Source: Polyangiales bacterium (GTDB lineage Bacteria; Myxococcota_A; Polyangia; Polyangiales; Polyangiaceae). From it: a stretch of 15,463 nt of DNA. The translations under genes and the position numbers were made by a program. Positions 1-7,433 of this stretch are shown in pieces. Under the pieces are notes generated by a model. That model was given only the letters and a program-made list of their open reading frames with translations, was not told where the DNA came from and made no database searches. How positions within the stretch are numbered: the first letter of the stretch is position 1; the number at the start of each line of letters is the position of its first letter. Location of the stretch: positions 1 to 15,463 of the forward strand of contig JBBRLQ010000063.1 in assembly GCA_038231275.1 (NCBI GenBank), in the 5' to 3' direction.

Positions 1-79
1 CCTTGCAGAGCCGGACCGCTTCGGCCTTGAACTCCGCGGTGAACGACCGTCGCCCTCGTCGTGCTTCTCGTTTCGCCAT
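1..79 (-). CDS. IS3-family transposase OrfA, N-terminal fragment (partial)
   Basis: Translates MAKREARRGRRSFTAEFKAEAVRLCK, the typical R-x-F/Y-x-x-EFK-x-EAV start of the OrfA HTH; AGGAG lies 6 nt upstream. Confidence 0.85.
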   Translation of the reverse strand, partial: MAKREARRGRRSFTAEFKAEAVRLCK

Positions 80-141
80 CGAACACTCCTGGCGCATCTT
101 CGCGCCTTTCGGGGTGTCCACGGAAGCGGGTGAAGATCACA
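1..141 (-). mobile_element. Left end (IRL plus start of orfA) of an IS3-family element, truncated by the window edge
   Basis: The reverse complement reads TG-TGATCTTCACCCGCTTCCGTGGACACCCC, resembling the IS3 IRL (TGATCTTACCC...GTGGACAC), followed by an AGGAG SD and the orfA ATG. It is the exact reverse complement of 15323-15463. The true tip is at 139 or 141. Confidence 0.88.
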
Positions 142-619
142 GCTGAGCGTCCGCGCTTCGGTTACCGTCGCCTTCACGCGCTCCTGAAACGCGAGGGCCG
201 CCTCGTCAACCGCAAGGCAGTCTATCGACTCTACAAGGCCGCCGGCCTCTCGGTCCGTCGTCGTACGCGGCGCAAGCTTCGCGTCGCGCGGCCGTTGCCG
301 CCGATGGCTGTGACGCGCCCTAACGAGCGCTGGTCGATGGACTTCGTGCACGACTACCTCGAAGACGGCCGCCGCCTGCGCACGCTCAACATCGTCGACG
401 CGTTCACCCGCGAGTGCCACGCCATCGAGGTCGATACGTCGCTGCCGTCGGCGCGGGTCGTGCGGGTGCTCGACCGCCTCGTCTGGCTCCATGGCCTCCC
501 TGAGTCTCTTCGCGTCGACAACGGACCGGAGTTCATTTCGATGAACCTCGACACGTGGGCCACGCGGCACGGCGTGAGGGTCGATTTCATTCAGCCCGGA
601 AAGCCCGTGCAGAATGCAC
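142..619 (+). pseudogene. IS3-family OrfB DDE transposase, upstream fragment
   Basis: ERPRFGYRRL, NRKAVYRLY, PNERWSMDF (first D), DNGPEF (second D) and PGKPVQNA motifs; homology stops at the IS66 junction. Confidence 0.92.
612..619 (+). repeat. 8-bp target-site duplication of IS66, left copy (GAATGCAC)
   Basis: Identical GAATGCAC at 3165-3172; 8 bp is the usual IS66 duplication length. Confidence 0.95.
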
Positions 620-678
620 GTATCCGCTGCACCGTCCCCGTCTTCCGGACGTAGCCGCCGCGGAGCAGAGTTTCGCGC

Positions 679-1011
679 ATGGCGGATGCGGCGACGTGGG
701 CGCGACGGGTGGATGAGTGGCGAGCGAGCGGCCTGACGTCGCACGCGTTTTGCGCGGGTCGGGAGTTCACGGCGGGCGGGCTGCGGCATTGGTCACACCG
801 GCTGGGCAGGACGCGCGGGCGAAAGGACCAGGCAGCGACGCCGTCGGTTCGCATGGCGCGTGTGCTTCGTGTCTCCGCACCCACCGCGCCATCGGCCGAC
901 GTCGGGCTGGTGGTAGAAGTCGGCACCGCGCGCGTCACCGTGCGCGCCGGATTCGATCGCGCCACGCTCGATGCGCTGCTCGACGTGCTGTCGGCGCGAG
1001 GCGTGCGATGA
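679..1011 (+). CDS. tnpA: IS66 accessory protein TnpA (HTH)
   Basis: WARRVDEWRASGLTSHAFC...LRHW N-terminus and VEVGTARVTVRAGFDRATL C-terminus are typical of IS66 orf1; ATGA overlap with tnpB. Confidence 0.85.
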   Translation: MADAATWARRVDEWRASGLTSHAFCAGREFTAGGLRHWSHRLGRTRGRKDQAATPSVRMARVLRVSAPTAPSADVGLVVEVGTARVTVRAGFDRATLDALLDVLSARGVR

Positions 1012-1358
1012 TCCCGCACGGCGTCGAGGTGTTCTTCGGGCTCGAGCCCATCGACCTGCGCTGGGGTTTCGATCGCCTCGCCGGTGCTGTCGCCGAGCGC
1101 GTGGGCCGCGAGGCGCGAAGCGGCGCGCTCTTCGTCTTCTTCGGGCGTCGTCGCGACGCCATCAAAGTGCTGTTCTTCGACGGCACGGGCATGTGCCTCT
1201 TCTACAAGCGGCTCGACCGAGGCACCTTCCGCCTACCCGAGGCCACCGACACGAAGGCCACGAGCATCACGCTCGACGAGCGAAGCCTCGACGATCTTCT
1301 CGACGGCATCGACATCGAAGCGAAGCCTCGCCGCGCGCCTCGGCCGAAAATTCACTGA
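1008..1358 (+). CDS. tnpB: IS66 accessory protein TnpB
   Basis: PIDLRWGFDRL, LFVFFGRRRDAIKVLFFDGTGMCLFYKRLDRGTF match the TnpB_IS66 pattern; start placed at the ATG 1008 overlapping the tnpA stop rather than the ORF-track start at 717. Confidence 0.93.
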   Translation: MIPHGVEVFFGLEPIDLRWGFDRLAGAVAERVGREARSGALFVFFGRRRDAIKVLFFDGTGMCLFYKRLDRGTFRLPEATDTKATSITLDERSLDDLLDGIDIEAKPRRAPRPKIH

Positions 1359-1426
1359 GCCGCGGACGAATTCGAGCGAGGAGGAATCGACAGGAGAGCG
1401 ACGCAGACTTAGAAGAAGACCTCGCG

Positions 1427-3088
1427 ATGCCGTCCGTGACGACCACGCCGAGCACGAGCCCCGAAGAGCGCATCGTCGCGCTCGAAGCCGCCCTCGCGAC
1501 GGTCACCGCCGAGCGCGACAAGCTCCGCGCGTCCCACGAGCGTCTGCGTCTCGAGCTCGAGCTCCTGCGCCGCCGGATCTTCGTCGCGACGGCGGAGCGC
1601 GTCGACACCGCGCAGCTCCAGATGGAGTTCGCAGCGAAGCTCGCCGAGCTGGACAGGCTCGGTGGCGCGGCGCCCGCAGACGACGGTGACCCGACGGGCA
1701 AAAAGAAGAAGCCCAACTCGACCGGCCGTCGCGACCTACTCAAGATGATGCTCGAGGAGGAGCGCGTCGAGATCGCCGACCCCTTGTTCGAGGAGCTCGT
1801 CGCGAGCGGGAAGGCCGAGCGCATCGGGCACGAAGAGAGCGCGAAGCTTGCATACAAGCGTGGCGGGCTGCGCCGTCTCGTCATCGCTCGGGTCAAGTAC
1901 CGGACGACGGACGGGCGTGGCGAGGCGCACATCGAGACCGCACCGATGCCTCCCGAGTGCTTCCCGCGCTCGATGGCGGCGCCGTCGCTCATCGCGAAGA
2001 TCGTCACCGACAAGTACTGCGACGGCCTGCCGCTCAACCGCATCGAGGACCGGTTCGCACGCGACGGCGCCCGCATCGATCGTGGCACCATGTGCCGGTG
2101 GGTCGAGGACGCGGGGGCGACCGTAGGCGCGACGGTGATTGCAGCGGCGCGTGACGAGGCCATTTCTACGGCGTTCTGCATCGCCACCGACGCCACCGGC
2201 GTCGCCGTGCAGCCCATTCGCTCGCACGAGAAGACGCGCCAGGCTTGCCGCCGTGGGCACTACTTCGTGCTCATCGCCGATCGCGATCACGTCTTCTTCG
2301 AGTACACGCCGAAGGAAACCAGCCGCGTCGTCGCCGAGATGTTCCGCGGATACGACGGTTACGTGCAGGCCGACGCGAAGAGCGTCTACGACGTGCTCTT
2401 CCGCGAGCCCGAGGACGAGCCGCCCGACGACGCCGTCCGCACCGAGGTCGGATGTTGGTCCCATTGCCGACGAAAATTCTGGGAGGCCACGGTCACCAAG
2501 AGCGCCGTCGGGCGCGAAGGGCTCGCGCGCGCCGGGCGCATCTTCGAGCTCGACGCGAGTTGGAGGGGCAAGTCGCCGTCGGAGATCCATCGGCTGCGCC
2601 AGACCCAACTTCGTCCGCATCTCGAAGCGTTCTTCGCGTGGGCCGAAGGGGAGTACGCCCGCGTGAAGGACCAGCGCGGCATCCTCCGCTCCGCCCTCGG
2701 CTACGCCGTCCGCCAGAAAGACGCGCTCATGCGCGTGCTCGAAGATGGGCGGCTCGTCTTGGAGAACAACCGCAGTGAGCGCGAGCTGCGTCGCATCGCG
2801 ACCGGCAGAAATGCGTGGCTCTTCGTCGGCAGCGACGACCACGCGCAAGCCGCCGGGCACATCTTCTCGCTCATCGCCTCCGCGCGGCTCCATCGGCTGG
2901 ATCCCGAAGCGTACTTGCGCGACTTGTTCCGAGTCCTCGCGCACTGGCCGAGGGATCGCTACCTCGAGCTGGCGCCGAAGTACTGGGCCGCCACCCGCGC
3001 GCGCCTCGACGAGACCGAGCTCGCGCGAGAGCTCGGCGTCCTCACCGTCCCGCCGCCGGCGGCCAAAGAGCAGGCGCCCGCGCGCTGA
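1427..3088 (+). CDS. tnpC: IS66 DDE transposase TnpC
   Basis: N-terminal coiled coil, KYCDGLPLNR, ATDATG, QADA, GCWSHCRRKF, ENNRSERELR and LDPEAYLRD motifs; start set at ATG 1427, in frame with the track ORF 971..3088. Confidence 0.94.
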   Translation: MPSVTTTPSTSPEERIVALEAALATVTAERDKLRASHERLRLELELLRRRIFVATAERVDTAQLQMEFAAKLAELDRLGGAAPADDGDPTGKKKKPNSTGRRDLLKMMLEEERVEIADPLFEELVASGKAERIGHEESAKLAYKRGGLRRLVIARVKYRTTDGRGEAHIETAPMPPECFPRSMAAPSLIAKIVTDKYCDGLPLNRIEDRFARDGARIDRGTMCRWVEDAGATVGATVIAAARDEAISTAFCIATDATGVAVQPIRSHEKTRQACRRGHYFVLIADRDHVFFEYTPKETSRVVAEMFRGYDGYVQADAKSVYDVLFREPEDEPPDDAVRTEVGCWSHCRRKFWEATVTKSAVGREGLARAGRIFELDASWRGKSPSEIHRLRQTQLRPHLEAFFAWAEGEYARVKDQRGILRSALGYAVRQKDALMRVLEDGRLVLENNRSERELRRIATGRNAWLFVGSDDHAQAAGHIFSLIASARLHRLDPEAYLRDLFRVLAHWPRDRYLELAPKYWAATRARLDETELARELGVLTVPPPAAKEQAPAR

Positions 3089-3164
3089 GCGCGTTCTCGG
3101 TTCCACGCGCTCATCCTGCGGCTCTCATGCGCGCCGCGCCAGACGGGGTTCGCGCAGCAGATAC

Positions 3165-3172
3165 GAATGCAC
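3165..3172 (+). repeat. 8-bp target-site duplication of IS66, right copy (GAATGCAC)
   Basis: Matches 612-619 and directly follows the IRR. Confidence 0.95.
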
Positions 3173-3459
3173 ACGTTGAAAGCTTCAACGGCCACTTCCG
3201 CGACGAGTGCCTCGCGCAGGAGCGCTTCCCGACCGTCGCGAGGGCGCGGGTCGAGGTGGAGGCCTGGCGCCTCGACTACAACTGCGAGCGCCCCCACAGC
3301 TCGCTCGGCTACGAGACGCCGCGATCGTTCGGCGATAAGGCTCGCAGCACGATGCCGCCTTCGGCGGGGGCTGCCGCCGCCATGGTTCGCTGCGCGAAGG
3401 AGCGAGTGGCTGGCTCTCCCGAGCACGGCGGAGTAGAAATGGAATTTTCGGTCAACTAA
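3173..3459 (+). pseudogene. IS3-family OrfB transposase, C-terminal fragment
   Basis: (H)VESFNGHFRDECL (catalytic E) and WRLDYNCERPHSSLGYETP; removing IS66 and one TSD copy restores in-frame KPVQNAHVESFNG. Confidence 0.92.
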
Positions 3460-3558
3460 CTCGGAATCGATGGACCCAAAACGGGGTCAGGTCAATCGTC
3501 GCGGCAATGGGCGTTTGTCCTACGCAGGGCGCGTCTCGTGACCTCGTGCAAAAGCATG

Positions 3559-3564
3559 TAGAAT
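3559..3564 (+). promoter_or_regulatory. Candidate -10 element (TAGAAT) for hsdR
   Basis: 5/6 match to TATAAT in an AT-richer patch 36 nt upstream of the GTG start; no convincing -35. Confidence 0.4.
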
Positions 3565-3600
3565 CCACACCAGGGGGTCGTCGACGCCTCCGCCCCCATC

Positions 3601-6600
3601 GTGCAGAGCGCCCCGACCCACACCGGTTCGCCGAACTTCGCCTTCCTGGCGCACCACGACGCGCGGCTTGTCGCGCTCGGCACGCAGGCCGAGCAGCACT
3701 TCGCCGCGGACCCGACCGTCAGCCTCTTCAAGCTCCGCCAGTTCGGCGAAGTCCTCGCGCAGCGCGCCGCCGCGAAGGTCGGCCTATTCACCGGCGCCGA
3801 GGAGGCGCAGCAGCAGCTCATCGATCGCCTCTTCGAGCGCAACGTCATCGGGGCCACGCAGCGGTCGCTCCTGCACGATCTCCGGCGCGTCGGCAACGCC
3901 GCCGTCCACGAGGGGAGGGGAGACCATCGCGAGGCGCTGCACCAGCTCCGGATGGCGCGCGAGCTCGGGGTCTGGTTCCAGAGGAGCTTCGGGAACAACC
4001 GGAAGTTCGACCCGGGCCCGTTCGTCCCGCCCGCTGAGCCCGGCAAGGTCGACGCGACACTCCATGCCGAGCTCGAACGGCTCCGCACCGACGTCGCCGC
4101 GCGCGCGCAGGAGCTGAAAGCCGCGCAGGACGCGATCGAGGAAGCGCGGAAGGAAGCGGAGCGCGAGGCGTCCCAGCGACTGGGCGCCGAGCAGCTCGCG
4201 GCGAAGGCGCGCGCGGACGGCGCTATCTGGGAGGCGCTCGCGCAGGAGCAGATCGCCGCGTACCAAGCCGAGGCGACGCTCGGCGCGTCGCGCGTGTCCC
4301 GTAGCAAGGAGCTTGAGGAGCAGAACAAGAAGCTCGCCGCTGAGCTCGCTGCCCTCCAAGCCGCAGCGCAGGCGATGCCGCCGAAGCAGCTCGAGCTCGC
4401 CGTCGAGCGCGCCGCCACGGCGAGCGACGAGATCCAGCTCGACGAGGCGGCAACGCGGAAGATCATCGACAATCAGCTCCGCAAGGCAGGCTGGGAGGTC
4501 GACTCCGAGCGCATCACCTTCGAACGTGGCGTGCGGCCCGCGAAGGGAAAGAACCTCGCGATCGCCGAGTGGCCGACCTTCGCGGACGGCAAGGAGGGCT
4601 GGGCGGACTACGTCCTCTTCGCGGGCCTCACGCCCGTCGGCGTCGTCGAGGCCAAGCGCAAGCACAAGGACGTCGCAGGCGTTCTCCAACAAGCGAAGCG
4701 GTACTCGGTCGGCTACGTCATCAAGGGCGACGAGGTGCTGCCCGAGAAGAGCCCGTGGGGCACGTACAAGGTCCCGTTCCTCTTCGCGACAAACGGTCGC
4801 CCGTACCTCCGGCAGCTCCGCACGAAGAGTGGCATCTGGTTCCTCGATGCGCGACGCCCGTCGAACATCGCAGCCGCGCTCGAGGATTGCTACACGCCGC
4901 AGGGCCTCGTCGACCTCCTGAAGCAGGACATGGACGCGGCGTTCGCGATGCTCAAGAGCGAGCCGATGCCGTACATCGACCGGCCGTACCAGAAGGACGC
5001 CATCCTCGCGGTCGAGAAGTCTCTCGAGGTCGGCCAACGCGAGCTGCTCGTCGCGATGGCGACGGGCACCGGCAAGACGCGGACGTGCATCGGCATCTGC
5101 TACCGGCTCCTCAAGAGTCGCAGGTTCCGGCGCGTCCTCTTCCTGGTCGACCGCAACGCCCTCGGCCGCCAGACCGCCGACGCGTTCAAGGACTTGCGAC
5201 TCGAGAACCTCCAAACCTTCACCGACATCTTCGAGGTGAAGGAGCTCGCCGACCTGAAGCCGAACCGCGAGACCAAGCTGCACATCGCGACCATCCAGGC
5301 GATGGTCGGCCGCGTCCTCGGACCGCACACCGATGCGGGCGAGGCCGACATCCCGCCCGTCGACCAGTACGACTGCATCGTCGTCGACGAGTGCCACCGT
5401 GGCTACCTGCTCGATCGCGAGATGAGCGATCGCGACTTCGCCTTCCGCGACGAAGCCGACTACATCTCGAAGTACCGGCGCGTCCTCGACCACTTCGACG
5501 CCGTCAAGATCGGTCTCACCGCGACGCCGGCGCTTCACACCCGGGAGATCTTCGGCAAGCCGGTCTTCTCGTACTCGTACCGCGAGGCGGTGGTCGACGG
5601 CTTCCTCGTCGATCACGAGCCGCCCATCCGCGTCGTGACGAAGCTCGCGCAGGACGGCATCCACTACGACGCGCACGAGGAGGTCCTCGTCCTCGACCGC
5701 GCGACGATGAAGGTCAACAAGGAGGAGCTCCCCGACGAGGTGCAATTCGAGGTCGACGCGTTCAACCGCCGCGTCATCACCGAGGACTTCAACCGCGTGG
5801 TCCTCGCCGAGCTCGTGAACCACATCGATCCCGAGCAGGACGAGAAGACGCTCATCTTCTGTGCCACCGACGAGCACGCGGATCTCGTCGTCAATCTCCT
5901 GAAGGAGGCGCTCACGAAGAAATACGGGAGCGTCGACGACGACGCGGTCGCCAAGATTACGGGCGCGACCGATCGCCCCTTGGAAGCCATCCGCCGCTAC
6001 CGCAACGAGCGGCACCCCAGCATCGCCGTCACCGTCGATCTCCTGACGACCGGTATCGACATCCCGCGCATCGCAAACCTCGTCTTCCTTCGGCGGGTGC
6101 GCAGCCGAATCCTGTACGAGCAGATGATCGGACGCGCGACCCGCCTCTGCCCTGAGATCGGCAAGGAGCGCTTCCGCATCTTCGACGCCGTCGATCTGTA
6201 CTCGGCGCTGAAGGACGTGACCGACATGAAGCCGGTCGTCGTCGATCCGCTAGTGACGTTCGAGCAGCTCGTGCGCGAGATCGTGGAGGGCAAGGAAGAG
6301 GAGCAGCGTCGCGCCTCGCTCGACGAGCTGCTCGCGAAGCTCCAGCGAAAGAAGCACCTCTTTCGCAGCGGCGACCGAGCGGATCGCTTCGACTCCGCCG
6401 CCGGTATGACGCCGAAGGATCTCGCCGCGATGCTCAAGGCGAGCGGCGTCGGCGCAGTGGCCGCGTACTTCACCGCGCACGGCGCGCTGGCGCCGCTGCT
6501 CGATCGTGAGACTGGCGGAGGCGCGTACAAGACCCTCGTGTCCGAGAAGCTCGACTCGCTCCACGAGGTCACGCGCGGCTACGGCAAGCACGGCAGCCGA

Positions 6601-7107
6601 CCGCCGGGCGATTACCTCCAGGCGTTCCGCGCGTTCGTCGAGACGAACCTGAACAAGGTCCCCGCGCTGCTCGTCGTGACGCAGCGCCCGCGCGACCTCA
6701 CGCGCGATGACCTGCGCGCGCTGAAGCTCGCGCTCGACCTGGAGGGCTTCAACGAGGCGTCGGTGCAGACGGCGTGGCGCGAACAGAAGAACGAGGACAT
6801 CGCCGCCACCATCGTCGGCTACATCCGCCAGCTCGCGCTCGGCTCGCCGCTCATGCCATACGCCGAGCGCGTCGACCGCGCGGTGCAGCGGCTACGTAAG
6901 GCGCACAAGCTCACGGAGCCGCAGTCGAAGTGGCTCGACCGCATCGCCAAGCAGGTGAAGCTCGAGACGGTCGTCGACCGCGCCTCGTTCGACACGGGGC
7001 AGTTCAAGGCCGACGGCGGGTTTGCGCGGCTGAACAGGGTGTTCGACGGAACGCTAGAGGCACTGCTCGGAGAGCTGGCCGACGAGGTGTGGAAGGACGC
7101 GGGGTGA
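3601..7107 (+). CDS. hsdR: Type I restriction enzyme endonuclease/translocase subunit, EcoKI-like (1168 aa)
   Basis: SPNFAFL N-terminus and coiled coil; nuclease motif ADYVLF...VVEAKR and QAKRY; Walker A MATGTGKT; DECHRG; GLTATP; LLTTGID; EQMIGRATR; length close to EcoKI HsdR. Confidence 0.96.
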   Translation: MQSAPTHTGSPNFAFLAHHDARLVALGTQAEQHFAADPTVSLFKLRQFGEVLAQRAAAKVGLFTGAEEAQQQLIDRLFERNVIGATQRSLLHDLRRVGNAAVHEGRGDHREALHQLRMARELGVWFQRSFGNNRKFDPGPFVPPAEPGKVDATLHAELERLRTDVAARAQELKAAQDAIEEARKEAEREASQRLGAEQLAAKARADGAIWEALAQEQIAAYQAEATLGASRVSRSKELEEQNKKLAAELAALQAAAQAMPPKQLELAVERAATASDEIQLDEAATRKIIDNQLRKAGWEVDSERITFERGVRPAKGKNLAIAEWPTFADGKEGWADYVLFAGLTPVGVVEAKRKHKDVAGVLQQAKRYSVGYVIKGDEVLPEKSPWGTYKVPFLFATNGRPYLRQLRTKSGIWFLDARRPSNIAAALEDCYTPQGLVDLLKQDMDAAFAMLKSEPMPYIDRPYQKDAILAVEKSLEVGQRELLVAMATGTGKTRTCIGICYRLLKSRRFRRVLFLVDRNALGRQTADAFKDLRLENLQTFTDIFEVKELADLKPNRETKLHIATIQAMVGRVLGPHTDAGEADIPPVDQYDCIVVDECHRGYLLDREMSDRDFAFRDEADYISKYRRVLDHFDAVKIGLTATPALHTREIFGKPVFSYSYREAVVDGFLVDHEPPIRVVTKLAQDGIHYDAHEEVLVLDRATMKVNKEELPDEVQFEVDAFNRRVITEDFNRVVLAELVNHIDPEQDEKTLIFCATDEHADLVVNLLKEALTKKYGSVDDDAVAKITGATDRPLEAIRRYRNERHPSIAVTVDLLTTGIDIPRIANLVFLRRVRSRILYEQMIGRATRLCPEIGKERFRIFDAVDLYSALKDVTDMKPVVVDPLVTFEQLVREIVEGKEEEQRRASLDELLAKLQRKKHLFRSGDRADRFDSAAGMTPKDLAAMLKASGVGAVAAYFTAHGALAPLLDRETGGGAYKTLVSEKLDSLHEVTRGYGKHGSRPPGDYLQAFRAFVETNLNKVPALLVVTQRPRDLTRDDLRALKLALDLEGFNEASVQTAWREQKNEDIAATIVGYIRQLALGSPLMPYAERVDRAVQRLRKAHKLTEPQSKWLDRIAKQVKLETVVDRASFDTGQFKADGGFARLNRVFDGTLEALLGELADEVWKDAG

Positions 7108-7111
7108 GGCG

Positions 7112-7426
7112 ATGGATTCTCTCGAGCGGTCCCTGAATTGGCTGACCGATATGGACTGGGGCTGGTGGCCCTTTCTACGGCTGCGACCGGCGAAGCACGA
7201 GCCATTGACGACCGCGCGCGTCGCCTTGATGTCGCTCTCGTTCGGGATGTTCTACGGCATCGCCGTCGGCGTCATTATGGCGGGGCGGGGCAGGCTCCCG
7301 TGGACCAATGTGCCGGTGATCCCATTTACGTTGGCGGCCTTCTTCTTCGTTGGCTACAGGTTCACGTTCGCCGTCGCGTGGAACGCGCGCGCGGAGCGCT
7401 TGGCGAAGTCGAAGGCCACTGCGTGA
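7112..7426 (+). CDS. Small hypothetical membrane protein (104 aa, about 2 TM segments)
   Basis: Starts 4 nt after the hsdR stop with GGTGAGG SD-like sequence; Trp-rich DWGWWPFLRLRP motif then two hydrophobic stretches and a basic tail. Confidence 0.75.
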   Translation: MDSLERSLNWLTDMDWGWWPFLRLRPAKHEPLTTARVALMSLSFGMFYGIAVGVIMAGRGRLPWTNVPVIPFTLAAFFFVGYRFTFAVAWNARAERLAKSKATA

Positions 7427-7433
7427 GTGGTTC

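Larger units (their letters stand above)
620..3164 (+). mobile_element. Complete IS66-family insertion sequence (2545 bp)
   Basis: IRL GTATCCGCTGCACCGTCCCCGTCT (620-643) versus IRR reverse complement GTATCTGCTGCGCGAACCCCGTCT (3141-3164), 19/24 identical; GTA...TAC termini; 8-bp TSD; tnpA-tnpB-tnpC order. Confidence 0.96.
142..3494 (+). mobile_element. Remnant of an IS3-family (IS407-group-like) element, 5' part cut off by the IS3 copy and interrupted by IS66
   Basis: OrfB halves at 142-619 and 3173-3459. The right end ...TGGACCCAAAACGGGGTCAGGTCA stops at 3494; its reverse complement TGACCTGACCCC resembles IS407-type TGACCTGCCCC ends. Confidence 0.85.

Noticed and set aside
61..141. Shared N-terminus MLLVSPSNTPG... 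of track ORFs 61..654 (+) and 15170..15403 (-)
   Set aside because: Antisense reading of the IS3 left end fused by chance to neighbouring frames; not a duplicated gene.
717..1426. Long N-terminal extensions of tnpB (from 717) and tnpC (from 971)
   Set aside because: They overlap tnpA/tnpB in other frames and are low-complexity Arg/Ala-rich; family homology begins at 1008 and about 1427.
3573..3597. GGGGG...CCCCC hairpin upstream of hsdR as a translational regulator
   Set aside because: Short, imperfect stem that is unremarkable at this GC content; no supporting evidence.
3784..6015. 743-aa minus-strand ORF (also 1736..3106 and 11342..13288)
   Set aside because: Antisense shadows of well-supported genes, expected with high GC3 codon bias; no recognisable motifs.
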